From Spirochaetia bacterium (GTDB taxonomy: Bacteria; Spirochaetota; Spirochaetia; SZUA-6; Bin103), in NCBI GenBank assembly GCA_965203515.1, contig OZ241907.1, forward strand, positions 2,528,001 through 2,592,000: a DNA stretch of 64,000 bases, read 5' to 3'. The position numbers and the translations under genes are program-made. Shown here piece after piece: positions 9,859 through 20,174 of the stretch. How positions within the stretch are numbered: position 1 is the first letter of the stretch; every line of letters starts with the position of its first letter. Under the pieces are notes generated by a model. The model saw only the letters and a list, made by a program, of their open reading frames with translations. It was not told where the DNA came from and did no database searches.

Positions 9859-10800
9859 GTGAGGCCAGCCCCGGCGGTCCCCGCGACCGCGCCCCGCATG
9901 GCGCCCGCCGCGCGCCTGGCGCGATCATGGCAGCTCTATCTGCTGCTGCTCCCCACCGTGCTGCTGGTGTTCCTGTTCCAGTACGTGCCGATGTACGGGG
10001 TCACCATCGCCTTCAAGAACTTCAAGCCGCACCTGGGCGTGCTGGGCAGCGACTGGGTGGGGCTGCGCCACTTCATCCGCTTCGTCGAGTCGCCGAGCTT
10101 CTGGCGGCTGATCAGGAACACCGTCCTGCTCTCAGGCTACGAGCTGCTGGTCGGGTTCCCGGTCCCGATCGCGCTGGCGCTGATGATGAACGTGGTCACC
10201 GGGCGCCGCTTCAAGCGCACGGTGCAGATGGTCACCTACGCCCCGCACTTCATCTCCACGGTCGTGATCGTCGGCATGCTGGGCGTGTTCCTGTCGAAGA
10301 ACTTCGGGCTGGCCAACCATCTGCTCGACGCGCTCGGCGGGGAGCGGGTCTTCTTCCTGGGACGGAAGGCGTGGTTCCGCACGCTGTACGTCTTCTCCGA
10401 GGTGTGGCAGAACGCCGGCTGGGGCACCATCATCTACCTGGCGGCGCTCAGCGCCATCGACCCGGAGCAGCACGAGGCGGCGGTGGTCGACGGCGCCACC
10501 CTCTGGCAACGGGTGCGGCACATCGACATTCCCGGCATCCTGCCGACGATCGTCATCCTGCTGATCCTGAACGTGGGGCGGATCATGAACGTCGGCTTCG
10601 AGAAGGCGTTCCTGATGCAGAACGCGCTCAACCTGGAGGTGTCCGAGATCATCCCCACCTACGTCTACAAGGTGGGGCTGATCGACGCGCGCTACAGCTT
10701 TTCCGCCGCGGTCGACCTGTTCAGAACGGTGATCAACTTCGCGCTGCTGATCTCCGTGAACCGGGTCGCCAAGCTCCTGGGTCAATCGGGACTCTGGTAG
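9859..10800 (+). CDS. Carbohydrate ABC transporter permease (LplB-like)
   Basis: YVPMYG..IAFK, PHFISTVV, GWGTIIYLAAL and EAA loop EAAVVDGA. Confidence 0.95.
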   Translation: MRPAPAVPATAPRMAPAARLARSWQLYLLLLPTVLLVFLFQYVPMYGVTIAFKNFKPHLGVLGSDWVGLRHFIRFVESPSFWRLIRNTVLLSGYELLVGFPVPIALALMMNVVTGRRFKRTVQMVTYAPHFISTVVIVGMLGVFLSKNFGLANHLLDALGGERVFFLGRKAWFRTLYVFSEVWQNAGWGTIIYLAALSAIDPEQHEAAVVDGATLWQRVRHIDIPGILPTIVILLILNVGRIMNVGFEKAFLMQNALNLEVSEIIPTYVYKVGLIDARYSFSAAVDLFRTVINFALLISVNRVAKLLGQSGLW

Positions 10801-10816
10801 GCCCAAGGCGGAGCGG

Positions 10817-11725
10817 ATGATAGCGCTGGGGCGACAGGACCGCATCCTCAACGGCTTCGTCTACGCCCTGTTGTCACTGGTGCTGCTGGCGGTCGCCTAC
10901 CCGCTGTTCTTCGTGGTCATCGCCTCGATCAGCGACCCGTACCTGGTCAATCGCGGGCTGGTGTGGCTGGTTCCGCGCGGGATCACCCTGGAGGGGTACG
11001 AGCGCATCCTGCAGCACGAAGACCTGCTGCGCGGCTACCGCAACAGCCTGATCTACGCCGCCGTCGGCACGACGCTCAACCTGAGCCTGACCCTGACGTC
11101 CGCCTACGCCCTGTCGCGCCGCGACCTGCGCGGCCGCAACGCCTTCATGCTCTACCTCACCTTCACGATGTTCTTCAGCGGGGGGGGGCTGATCCCCACC
11201 TTCCTGCTGATCCGCTCCCTGGGCCTCTACAACTCCTTCTGGATCATGGTGCTGCCGGCCGCCGGCAGCGCCCTGCACCTGACCGTGTCGGTGTTCAACA
11301 TCATCATCGCCCGCACCTTCTTCATGAACACCATCCCGCAGGAGCTGCTCGACGCGGCGGTGATGGACGGCTGCAGCGACCTGCGCTTCTTCCGCACCGT
11401 GGTGCTGCCGCTGTCCGGGGCGATCGTCGCCGTGCTGATGGTGTTCTACGCGGTCGGCCACTGGAACGGGTTCTTCCACGGCCTGATCTACCTGCGCGAC
11501 CGGGAGCGCTTCCCGCTGCAGTTGATCCTGCGCGACATCCTGATCCAGAACACGTTCACCGAGGAGATGGAGATCGACGACGAGAACGCGATGGCGGCGA
11601 TGATGCTGGCCGAGTCGATCAAGTACGGGATGATCATCGTCGCCAGCGTGCCGATGCTGGTGCTCTATCCGTTCGTGCAGAAGCACTACGTGCGCGGCGT
11701 GATGATCGGCGCGATCAAGGGATGA
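10817..11725 (+). CDS. Carbohydrate ABC transporter permease (LplC-like)
   Basis: AYALSR, FSGGGLIP, DAAVMDG, YAVGHWN and YPFVQKHYVRGVMIGAIKG. Confidence 0.95.
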   Translation: MIALGRQDRILNGFVYALLSLVLLAVAYPLFFVVIASISDPYLVNRGLVWLVPRGITLEGYERILQHEDLLRGYRNSLIYAAVGTTLNLSLTLTSAYALSRRDLRGRNAFMLYLTFTMFFSGGGLIPTFLLIRSLGLYNSFWIMVLPAAGSALHLTVSVFNIIIARTFFMNTIPQELLDAAVMDGCSDLRFFRTVVLPLSGAIVAVLMVFYAVGHWNGFFHGLIYLRDRERFPLQLILRDILIQNTFTEEMEIDDENAMAAMMLAESIKYGMIIVASVPMLVLYPFVQKHYVRGVMIGAIKG

Positions 11726-11735
11726 TGATCCCGGC

Positions 11736-11793
11736 ATCGCGTAATCCGGCGGGATCGCGTAATCCGGCGGGATCGCGTGATCCGGCGGGATCG
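11736..11793. repeat. 18-bp tandem repeat, about 3.2 copies
   Basis: ATCGCGTAATCCGGCGGG twice, ATCGCGTGATCCGGCGGG, then ATCG; intergenic between permease and binding protein. Confidence 0.9.
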
Positions 11794-11871
11794 AACAGAA
11801 TGAACCGGGAAACCGGAACCGGAAGTTGGGACCGTACGGGCCCCACACAGACTATCAGGAGGTGTTTCGTG

Positions 11872-13470
11872 ATGAGGAACATCAGCAGGGCTGCCGCCGC
11901 GGCGGCGGCCATCGCGATCGCAGCCGGGGCCGCGTGGGCCGCCGGCACCGAGGAGGCCGCTACCGGAGAGGGGCGGCTGGATGCGGTCGGCTTCAACGCC
12001 GGCGGCTATCCGATCGTCGACCAGCAGGTGACCGTAAACGCCCTGATTCAGCGGCCCGGCCACATACCGACGCCGTTCGACGAGCAGACGCTGCTGGTCG
12101 AGATGCAGGAACGCACCAACGTCGACATCGTGTTCGAAGAGGTGCCGCAGGCGCAGGTGCGGGAGAAGACCAACCTGCTGTTCGCCAGCCGCGAGTATCC
12201 GGACGTGATCTTCGTGGCCGGGGTGCAGGACCGGCTGCTCTGGGACGCCGCCCAGGCCGGCGACGTCTGGGCGCTGAACGACCTGGTCGAGGAGTACGCG
12301 CCGAACTGGCAGCGGGCATTCGAGGAACGGCCGGTGATCCGCAACGCGATCACCATGCCGGACGGCAACTACTACAGCCTGCCGTACTACCGCGAGATCC
12401 TCAACGACTTCGGCATCCGCGACATCCAGGCGATCAACGTCGACTGGCTGAACACGCTGGGGCTGGAGATGCCGCAGACCACCGAGGAGCTGTACGAGAC
12501 GCTGAAGGCGTTCCGCGCGGGGATCGACGACGGCACGCTGCCGCAGGACGGCATCCCCTGGTACTTCCGCTTCCACCAGTGGGTGGGCGGCGAGTTCGAG
12601 ATCTACAACGCCTTCAACCTGTGGATGAAGGGTCAGGGCTCCGGCGCGCAGCGCTACCTGTCGGTGAACGACGGCGTGGTGGAGTTCGGCGCCGCCGATC
12701 CCAAGCTCAGGGACGCTGTCAACTACATGCACCGCCTGTTCAGCGAAGACCTGATCCCCGAGGAGGTGTTCACCGACGCCTGGGACGACTACCTGGCCAA
12801 GTCGCGCTCGGTGCCGCCGATCACCGGCATGTGGGGCTCCTACTTCATCGTGTCGCCGGTCGAGGAGTGGTACGATCCGCTGCCGCCGGCGGCCGGACCG
12901 GACGGGACGCGGCGGTTCCGGTCGCAGCCGGTGCGCCTGCAGAAGAACGCGTTCACCATCTTCAGCACGTTCGAGCTGCCGGAGGTGATGGTGCGCTTCA
13001 TCGACGCCTGGGCGGACGACGACTTCAGCGTGCAGGCGTCCTACGGCGGCCCGATGATCCAGCAGAACGCGGACGGCTCGCGCACCGTGGTGGGGCGCGG
13101 CACCGAGTGGTACAACCACGGCCCGCACAACCACTTTCCGTCCTACATCTCGAAGCGGGCGTCGGACGACGTGCGCTGGACCGGTGAGCAGGGCGCCCGC
13201 GATCAGTACGTCAACGAGGTGTTCGCTCCCTACCTGTGGCCGCAGGACCGGCATTACGCCTACATCACGTTCACGGACGCGGAGCAGGAGGAACTGTCGA
13301 TCCAGGAGACCGAGATCGGCGACTACGTCAAGACCACCATCGCGCGCTGGATCGTGGAAGGGACCGCCGACGCGGAGTGGGACGGCTACCTGCAGGACCT
13401 CGACCGCTTGGGCTTGCCCCAGGCGATGGAGATCTACCAGGCCGCCTACGACCGCTTCTCCGGCAACTGA
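11872..13470 (+). CDS. Extracellular solute-binding protein (carbohydrate ABC family 1)
   Basis: AGGAGG RBS; Ala-rich signal peptide; ITMPDGNYYSLP, INVDWLNTLGLEMPQTTEELY and C-terminal YQAAYDRF. Confidence 0.93.
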   Translation: MRNISRAAAAAAAIAIAAGAAWAAGTEEAATGEGRLDAVGFNAGGYPIVDQQVTVNALIQRPGHIPTPFDEQTLLVEMQERTNVDIVFEEVPQAQVREKTNLLFASREYPDVIFVAGVQDRLLWDAAQAGDVWALNDLVEEYAPNWQRAFEERPVIRNAITMPDGNYYSLPYYREILNDFGIRDIQAINVDWLNTLGLEMPQTTEELYETLKAFRAGIDDGTLPQDGIPWYFRFHQWVGGEFEIYNAFNLWMKGQGSGAQRYLSVNDGVVEFGAADPKLRDAVNYMHRLFSEDLIPEEVFTDAWDDYLAKSRSVPPITGMWGSYFIVSPVEEWYDPLPPAAGPDGTRRFRSQPVRLQKNAFTIFSTFELPEVMVRFIDAWADDDFSVQASYGGPMIQQNADGSRTVVGRGTEWYNHGPHNHFPSYISKRASDDVRWTGEQGARDQYVNEVFAPYLWPQDRHYAYITFTDAEQEELSIQETEIGDYVKTTIARWIVEGTADAEWDGYLQDLDRLGLPQAMEIYQAAYDRFSGN

Positions 13471-13477
13471 TCTTACC

Positions 13478-13516
13478 CGCGCCGGAGGCGGCTACCGGGT
13501 AGCCGCCTCCGGCGCG
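13478..13516. terminator. Perfect 19-bp inverted repeat after the ABC operon (terminator or mRNA-stabilising hairpin)
   Basis: CGCGCCGGAGGCGGCTACC-G-GGTAGCCGCCTCCGGCGCG; no clear U-tract. Confidence 0.6.
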
Positions 13517-13539
13517 CCGTTCGCTATACTCTTGAGACC

Positions 13540-15399
13540 ATGATCGACGCTCGGCCTCTGCGGACCGTCGGCCGCTGCCTGACGGTCTTCGCCGCGCTTG
13601 CGCTGGCGGCGGCGGCCGCCGCGGCCGAGCCGGCGCATTCGGTGGCGCGGCGCTGGAACGAGGTGCTGCTGCAGGCGATCCGCAACGACTTCGCCCGCCC
13701 GCCCGTCCACGCCCGGAACCTCTATCACGTCACGGTCGCCATGTGGGACGCCTGGGCCGCCTACGACGACACGGCCCGACCGGTGCTGGTCGACGCGCGC
13801 GCCTGGATCGACGAACCGGCGGCCGCCGGCGACGATGCCGCCGCGCGCCATGAGGCGATCAGCTACGCCGCGTACTACGTGCTCTACAGCCGCTACTTCG
13901 AATCCCCCGGCGCCTACGAGTCGCTGACCGGCTTCGATGACCTGATGGCGGAGTTCGGCTACGACCCCGCCAATACCGTCCGGGAGGGATCGAGCCCGGC
14001 GGCGATCGGCAACCGCATCGGCCACCTGATCATCGAACACGGGTACGACGACGGAGCCGACGAGCTCGGCTCCTATGCCTTCGAGTACGAGTACCGGCCC
14101 GCCAACCGGCCGATGGTGGTGGGGGAGTCGGGCGCCGGTCCGGTGCAGGACCCCAACCGCTGGCAGCCGCTGGCGCTGCGCCGGTTCGTGGACCAGGCGG
14201 GGCGGCAGCAGCCGGGCAACGTCCAGCGCTTCATCGGCTCGCACTGGGGCGCGGTGACCCCGTTCGCCCTGTCGCCGGACGGCATGGTCGAAGACGGCGT
14301 CTACCTCGACCCGGGGCCGCCGCCCTATCTGGGAGGCGATCGCACCCGCGAATACCAGACGGCGTTCGCGGAGGTGCTCCGCTACGGCGCCACCCTCTCC
14401 CCCGACGACGGCGTGCTGATCGACATCTCGCCGGGCGCGCGCGGCAACAACAACCTCGGCGCCAACGACGGCCGCGGCCATGCCGTGAATCCGGTGACCG
14501 GCACGCCGTACGCGCCCAACGTCGTCAAGCGGGGCGACTGGTCGCGGGTCATCGCCGAGTTCTGGGCCGACGGTCCCGACTCGGAGACGCCGCCCGGACA
14601 CTGGAACTCCCTTGCCAACTACGTCACCGACCACCCGGACACGGTGCGGCGCCTGGGCGGCGCCGGAGCGGTGCTCGATCCGCTGGAGTGGGACCTGAAG
14701 CTCTACCTGGCGCTCAACGGCGCCGTGCACGACGCGGCGATCTGCGCCTGGGGCCTCAAGGGCCGCTACGACTACGTGCGGCCGATCACGGCGGTCCGGT
14801 ACATGGCGACGCTCGGCCAATCCTCCGACCCGAACCTGCCCGCCTATCACGAACACGGCCTGCCGCTCTACCCGGGACTGATCGAGGTCATCACCGCGGA
14901 GTCGGCGGCGGCCGGCGAGCGCCACGCCCACCTTGCCGAGCACGTCGGCTCGGTCGCGGTCTACGGGTGGCTCGGCAAGCCGGAGGACCCGGAGACGCAG
15001 TACAGCGGCGTCGGCTGGCTCCTGGCGGCCGATTGGCTGCCCTATCAGCGCGACACCTTCGTCACGCCGCCGTTCGCGGGCTACGTCTCCGGCCACAGCG
15101 CCTTCAGCCGCGCCGCCGCCGAGGTGATGGCGCGCTTCACGGGGAGCGAATTCTTCCCCGGCGGCCTGGGCGAGTGGGTCGCCCCCGTCAATGACTTCCT
15201 GGTCTTCGAGGCTGGGCCGACCGAGACGGTCACCCTGCAGTGGGCCACCTACTACGACGCCTCCGACGAGGCCGCCATCTCCCGGCTGTACGGCGGCATC
15301 CACCCGAGCGTGGACGACCTGCCCGGCCGGATCGTCGGCTCGAAGATCGGCATCGCCGCCTTCGAGCACGCCCTGACCTACTTCGGCGACCGGTCGTAG
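13540..15399 (+). CDS. Secreted vanadium-dependent haloperoxidase / PAP2 superfamily protein
   Basis: Signal peptide; vanadate/phosphate-binding motifs KGRYDYVRP, TPPFAGYVSGHS and SRLYGGIH. Confidence 0.85.
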   Translation: MIDARPLRTVGRCLTVFAALALAAAAAAAEPAHSVARRWNEVLLQAIRNDFARPPVHARNLYHVTVAMWDAWAAYDDTARPVLVDARAWIDEPAAAGDDAAARHEAISYAAYYVLYSRYFESPGAYESLTGFDDLMAEFGYDPANTVREGSSPAAIGNRIGHLIIEHGYDDGADELGSYAFEYEYRPANRPMVVGESGAGPVQDPNRWQPLALRRFVDQAGRQQPGNVQRFIGSHWGAVTPFALSPDGMVEDGVYLDPGPPPYLGGDRTREYQTAFAEVLRYGATLSPDDGVLIDISPGARGNNNLGANDGRGHAVNPVTGTPYAPNVVKRGDWSRVIAEFWADGPDSETPPGHWNSLANYVTDHPDTVRRLGGAGAVLDPLEWDLKLYLALNGAVHDAAICAWGLKGRYDYVRPITAVRYMATLGQSSDPNLPAYHEHGLPLYPGLIEVITAESAAAGERHAHLAEHVGSVAVYGWLGKPEDPETQYSGVGWLLAADWLPYQRDTFVTPPFAGYVSGHSAFSRAAAEVMARFTGSEFFPGGLGEWVAPVNDFLVFEAGPTETVTLQWATYYDASDEAAISRLYGGIHPSVDDLPGRIVGSKIGIAAFEHALTYFGDRS

Positions 15400-15419
15400 C
15401 GGGCGGCCGGCGCCCCACC

Positions 15420-16607
15420 CTACCCGACGGCACGCCGCAGGCGAGCGGCCAGATTTCCGCGCCGCTCGACGATCACTTCGCTCAGTTCCAGCCAGGACGC
15501 CATCGACCGAAGCTGCGCGGCCAACTCGACCGACACCGCGTCGGGCTCGCACCCTGCTTCCCGGTATGCGCCGCGGACCAGCAGTACGCCGCGCGCCCGG
15601 TCGGCCTTGAGGTCGACGCGGGCCGCCAGCGCGTCGTCGATCAGGAACGGGTAGACGTAGTAGCCGTACTGCCGTTCCGGCTCGGGCACGTAGATCTCGA
15701 TGCGGTACCGGAAGCCGAACAGGCGCTCGGTCCGGTCCCGGCGCCAGATCAGCGAGTCGAACGGGCTGAGCAGCGCGCCGGCGCGTATGCGGCGCGGCGT
15801 GCGGGCATCGCGGTGCAGGTACGCGGGCCGATCCCAGCCTTCCACGCGCGCCTCCGCCAACTCCCCCTCCTCGACCAGTTCCTGCAGCCGCGGCCGCGCC
15901 TGCGGCATGCGGATGCGGTAGTAGTCGGCAAGGTCGGCGGCGGTGCCGACGCCGTGCGCGCGGCCGGCCAGACGCAGCAGTTCGCGCTGCGCGTCAGGCG
16001 CCTCCGGCGCCGGTTGGGAGAGCGCGTGCGCCGGGATCACGCGCTCGGTCAAGTCGTAGACGCGGACGAAGTTGCCGCCCCGGCACGCCGCCAGCCGGCC
16101 GGCGGTGAACAGCGACTCCAGGGCGCGCTTGCCGTCGCTGCGCCCCCACCAGGACGGTTTGCGTCGGCGTCCCTGGTCGCGCAGCTCCGACACGGCGAGC
16201 GGACCGCGCTCGGCGACGTCCCGGTAGACCGCCTCGACGTAGGCGCCTTGGTCCTGCGCGAAGTCGACCATCGAGCGGGAGCGGGCGGCCTGCATGCGGT
16301 GGCGCAGCAGCGGGTAGTGCTCGACCGGCAGCAGCGACGCCTCGTGAGCCCATGCCTCGAACAGCCGCCGCTTGCGGTACGCGTACGCGTCGAGCCGCTC
16401 CGGCCGGTACGGGCCGAGGCGGGAGAAGGCCGGCATGTAGTGCGCGCGCACCGCCACGTTGACCGAGTCGAGCTGCACGACCTTGACCCGCTCGAAGAGC
16501 CGGTCGAAGTGGCGGCTGTCGATCCGGCCGGCCGGCGCCCGGTCGGCGAATCCTTGCGCCGCCAGCGCGACGCGCCGCGCCTCCCGGTTGGACAGATCGG
16601 TCTTCAG
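15420..16607 (-). CDS. YcaQ/AlkZ family crosslink-repair DNA glycosylase (winged helix); probable CTG start
   Basis: EARRVALAAQG, VQLDSVN (QxD), AWAHEAS, LLSPFDSLIW and YRIEIYVP..RQYGYYV; GGAGG precedes CTG at 16607. Confidence 0.88.
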   Translation of the reverse strand: MKTDLSNREARRVALAAQGFADRAPAGRIDSRHFDRLFERVKVVQLDSVNVAVRAHYMPAFSRLGPYRPERLDAYAYRKRRLFEAWAHEASLLPVEHYPLLRHRMQAARSRSMVDFAQDQGAYVEAVYRDVAERGPLAVSELRDQGRRRKPSWWGRSDGKRALESLFTAGRLAACRGGNFVRVYDLTERVIPAHALSQPAPEAPDAQRELLRLAGRAHGVGTAADLADYYRIRMPQARPRLQELVEEGELAEARVEGWDRPAYLHRDARTPRRIRAGALLSPFDSLIWRRDRTERLFGFRYRIEIYVPEPERQYGYYVYPFLIDDALAARVDLKADRARGVLLVRGAYREAGCEPDAVSVELAAQLRSMASWLELSEVIVERRGNLAARLRRAVG

Positions 16608-16728
16608 AGTCGCCCCCTCCGCGCCTTGTAATCGATTTGAGATGAGGCTAGCGTTTTGTAAGCGTATTTGAACGCGCGTAACCGATTTTGCATGACGAGC
16701 CCGTAGGGAACCAGGAGGCAACGGTCTT

Positions 16729-17985
16729 TCAGAACATGCTCAGCACCAGTCGCAGCCGCTCCTCCAGGGTCTCGAACGAGTAGTAGGTACGGGCGATCCG
16801 GTAGTTGTGCTCGGCCGCCGCGGCGCGCAGGGCCGGGTCGCTCAGGTACCTGCGCGCTTCGCGAACGGTGTCGTCGCTGACGAACTCGTCCATCTCGATC
16901 GTGCGGAAGCCGAGCGGCTCGATGTCGTGGGTGTAGACCGAGTAGCGGTTCACGACGAGCGGCTTGCGGAAGTAGATCGCCTCCAGGAAGGCGTTGCCGA
17001 ACCCTTCGAACAACGACGGGTAGGTGACCAGGTCCGCATGCGGATAGACGTCCGCCAGCGCGTACACCCGGCGGCCGTCATCGGTGGCGCCGCGGCGGAC
17101 GTCGATGATGTCGCTGACGAACAGCGCGTTGACGCCGAGCAGCCGCGCGTATTCGCGGATGCGCACCTCGTACTCGCGTCCTTCATCGCCGGCGGCGTGC
17201 GAGATCACCAGCTTCGCCGGCAGGTCGAGCCGCCGCACCAGCTCGATGGCGTGCTCGATCCCCTTGCGCTGCAGCACCCGGGTCGGCTGCAGGATCAGCG
17301 CTTCGTCGGCGCCGAGTCCCAGCGACGCGCGCACGCCGGCGTTGTACGCGTCGGTCGGCGGCGCCGCGGCGGCGAAGTCCATGACGTTCGGGATCAGGGT
17401 GGCGGTGGCGCCGGTCCGCAGCGCCAACTGCTCGCGGCCTGCGGAGTTGATCACCACGTGCTGGATCGACGGCAGCGACGGCGGGCAGGCGCTCCGCAGG
17501 AAATCGCCGATGCAGGTGCGCACGAACCGCTTGCGCTCCCAATGGAAGTCGTGATGGTGCGCGATGGTGGGAATGCCGGTCTCGGCGATCGCCTCGGTCA
17601 CGGCGAGCGCCAGCGGCACGTTGAGCGGTATCGTCAGGACGTTCTCCACGATCAGCAGCTCGACCCGCGAGCGCCGCAGGAAGTCATGCACGCTCCGTTT
17701 GAGCGTCGCGCGCAGATGGTGAATCCGCTCGGTGATCCGCGCGCCGCGCACCTCGCAGCCGAAGCAGGCGGCGGTGAGCGCCTCCACCGCCGGATGCCGG
17801 AAATGGGCAAGCGGGCACCGGAACGATCGCTCCGGCGGCGTCTGCAGCTCGCCGCCGAAGTACCAGCTCTCATAGCCCAGCCGGCCGAGCACCGCCGCCC
17901 ACTTGAACGCTTCCAGCGACACGCCGTCGGTCCCCGCCAGACGGAACGACAGGATGCCCGCTCGCTTGTTCCCTTCCATGCTCAC
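16729..17985 (-). CDS. Glycosyltransferase family 4 (mannosylglucosylglycerate synthase-like)
   Basis: GTDGVSLE, HHHDFHWER, LQPTRVLQRKGIE and YPSLFEGFGNAFLEA (EX7E). Confidence 0.85.
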   Translation of the reverse strand: MSMEGNKRAGILSFRLAGTDGVSLEAFKWAAVLGRLGYESWYFGGELQTPPERSFRCPLAHFRHPAVEALTAACFGCEVRGARITERIHHLRATLKRSVHDFLRRSRVELLIVENVLTIPLNVPLALAVTEAIAETGIPTIAHHHDFHWERKRFVRTCIGDFLRSACPPSLPSIQHVVINSAGREQLALRTGATATLIPNVMDFAAAAPPTDAYNAGVRASLGLGADEALILQPTRVLQRKGIEHAIELVRRLDLPAKLVISHAAGDEGREYEVRIREYARLLGVNALFVSDIIDVRRGATDDGRRVYALADVYPHADLVTYPSLFEGFGNAFLEAIYFRKPLVVNRYSVYTHDIEPLGFRTIEMDEFVSDDTVREARRYLSDPALRAAAAEHNYRIARTYYSFETLEERLRLVLSMF

Positions 17986-18068
17986 CGTCCCCGGAGCGCG
18001 TCCCTGCGCCCCCTATCCTTATCGGCGGCGATTGACCGCGCGCAAGCGGGCGGCCACCATCGCGCGCC

Positions 18069-19181
18069 ATGGGCAACACCTTCGGACACCGGTTCCGGGT
18101 CACCACCTTCGGGGAGTCGCACGGCCCGGCGGTCGGCGCGGTGATCGACGGCTGCCCGCCGCGCCTGGCCCTGGCTGCGGCCGACCTGCAGGCCGAGCTG
18201 GACCGCCGGCGTCCGGGACAGAGCGCGCTGACCACCCAGCGCCGCGAAGCGGACCGGGCCGAGCTCCTCTCCGGGGTGTTCGAGGGGCTCACCCTGGGCA
18301 CGCCGATCGCGGTGCTGGTGCGCAACACCGACGCCAAGCCCCAGGACTACCAGGAGGTGCGCCGCGCCTACCGACCGTCGCACGCCGACTACACCTATCA
18401 GCGCAAGTACGGGATCCGCGCCTGGATCGGCGGCGGCCGCGCCAGCGCGCGGGAGACCGTGGGCCGGGTCGCGGCCGGCGCGGTCGCCCAGAAGCTGCTG
18501 CGCGAGCGCTGCGGCACCGAGGTGCTCTCCTACGTCGCCCGCGTGCAGGCGATCGAGGCGGAGGTCGATCACGAACGCCTCGACCGCGCGGCGATCGAGG
18601 CGACGCCCACCCGCTGCCCCGATCCGCAGGCGGCGGAGCGGATGGTCCAACGCATCGGCGCCGCCCGCAAGGACGGCGATTCGCTCGGCGGGGTGGTGCG
18701 GACCGTGGTGCGCGGGGTACCGCCCGGCCTGGGCGAGCCGGTGTTCGACAAGCTGGAGGCCGACCTGGGCAAGGCGCTGTTGTCGCTGCCGGCCTGCAAA
18801 GGGTTCGAGATCGGCTCCGGCTTCGGCGGCACGCTCCTCACCGGCTCGACCCACAACGATCCGTTCTACGCCGAGGGCGGCCGCATCCGCACCCGCACCA
18901 ACCGCTCCGGCGGCGTGCAGGGCGGCATCAGCAATGGCGAGGAGATCGTCGTGCGCGCCGCCTTCAAGCCGACCGCCACCATCCTGCGCGAGCAGGAGAC
19001 GGTCGACGTCGACGGCAATCCCACTACGATCAAGGGTCGCGGCCGCCACGATCCGTGCGTGCTGCCGCGGGCGGTGCCGCTGGTCGACGCCATGATCGCC
19101 CTGGTGCTCGCCGACCATTATCTCCTTCAGATGGCGGCAGCTCCGGCCATGCTACAATCCGCGCAGGAGACCGCAACGTGA
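18069..19181 (+). CDS. aroC: Chorismate synthase
   Basis: [41 protein letters not shown] and GRHDPCV. Confidence 0.98.
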   Translation: MGNTFGHRFRVTTFGESHGPAVGAVIDGCPPRLALAAADLQAELDRRRPGQSALTTQRREADRAELLSGVFEGLTLGTPIAVLVRNTDAKPQDYQEVRRAYRPSHADYTYQRKYGIRAWIGGGRASARETVGRVAAGAVAQKLLRERCGTEVLSYVARVQAIEAEVDHERLDRAAIEATPTRCPDPQAAERMVQRIGAARKDGDSLGGVVRTVVRGVPPGLGEPVFDKLEADLGKALLSLPACKGFEIGSGFGGTLLTGSTHNDPFYAEGGRIRTRTNRSGGVQGGISNGEEIVVRAAFKPTATILREQETVDVDGNPTTIKGRGRHDPCVLPRAVPLVDAMIALVLADHYLLQMAAAPAMLQSAQETAT

Positions 19182-20170
19182 GTGAAGGCAAGCCGCAGGC
19201 AGGACCTGCGGGTTGGGTGTCGTACCGCCCGGAGATCAAGGTGCTCGACTGCACCATCCGCGACGGCGGATTGATGAACGACCATCAGTTCAGCGATGAG
19301 ACCGTCCGCGCCGTGTACCGGGCGTGCGTCGAAGGCGGCATCGACTACATGGAGATCGGCTATCTCAACTCCCGCAAGCAGTTCCCGCCCGGCGAGTTCG
19401 GGCCGTGGAAGCACTGCCGGGAGAGCGACGTGCGCCGCATCGTCGGCGACAACGACACGGCGTTGAAGATCGCGGGGATGGCGGACGCCGAGAAGAGCGA
19501 CTACCGGGAGGACATCCTGCCCAGGTCGGAAAGCGTGCTCGACATGATCCGCGTCGCCACGTACATCCACCAGATACCGTTGGCCCTGGACATGATCAAG
19601 GACGCCCACGACAAGGGCTACGAGACCAGTCTCAACCTGATGGCGCTCTCCACCGTGCACGACCGCGAGCTGCACGAGGCGCTCGCGCTGGTGGCCCGGT
19701 CCGAGGTGGAGGTGATCTGCATCGTCGACAGCTTCGGCGCGCTGTACGGCGAGCAGATCGACGACTACATGAAGACCTTTCAGACGTACGCCGAGGACGG
19801 CGGCAAGCTGGTCGGCATGCACGCGCACAACAACCGGCAGCTCGCCTTTGCCAACACGATTCAGGCGACCATTCGCGGCGCCAACCGGCTGGACGCCAGC
19901 ATGGCCGGCCTGGGGCGCGGCGCCGGCAACTGCCCGATGGAGCTGCTGCTCAGCTTCCTGCACAACCCCAAGTTCCGCCTGCGGCCGGCGCTGCACTGCA
20001 TCCAGCACCACATCGAGCCGTTGCGCGCGGAGCTCAAGTGGGGGTTCGACTACCCGTACATGATGACCGGCGTCCTCAACCAGCACCCGCGCGCCGGCAT
20101 GGCGTTCAACGAATCGGAACACCGGGGCGACATAATCCGGTTCTACGACTCGCTGGAAAACCCGGACTGA
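19178..20170 (+). CDS. DRE-TIM metallolyase (4-hydroxy-2-oxovalerate aldolase-like catalytic domain)
   Basis: [21 protein letters not shown] and [11 protein letters not shown] start overlaps the aroC stop. Confidence 0.85.
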   Translation: MSEGKPQAGPAGWVSYRPEIKVLDCTIRDGGLMNDHQFSDETVRAVYRACVEGGIDYMEIGYLNSRKQFPPGEFGPWKHCRESDVRRIVGDNDTALKIAGMADAEKSDYREDILPRSESVLDMIRVATYIHQIPLALDMIKDAHDKGYETSLNLMALSTVHDRELHEALALVARSEVEVICIVDSFGALYGEQIDDYMKTFQTYAEDGGKLVGMHAHNNRQLAFANTIQATIRGANRLDASMAGLGRGAGNCPMELLLSFLHNPKFRLRPALHCIQHHIEPLRAELKWGFDYPYMMTGVLNQHPRAGMAFNESEHRGDIIRFYDSLENPD

Positions 20171-20174
20171 CCCG

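Noticed and set aside
11736..11793. Possible CRISPR array
   Set aside because: Units are head-to-tail 18-mers with no spacers, and there are no cas genes
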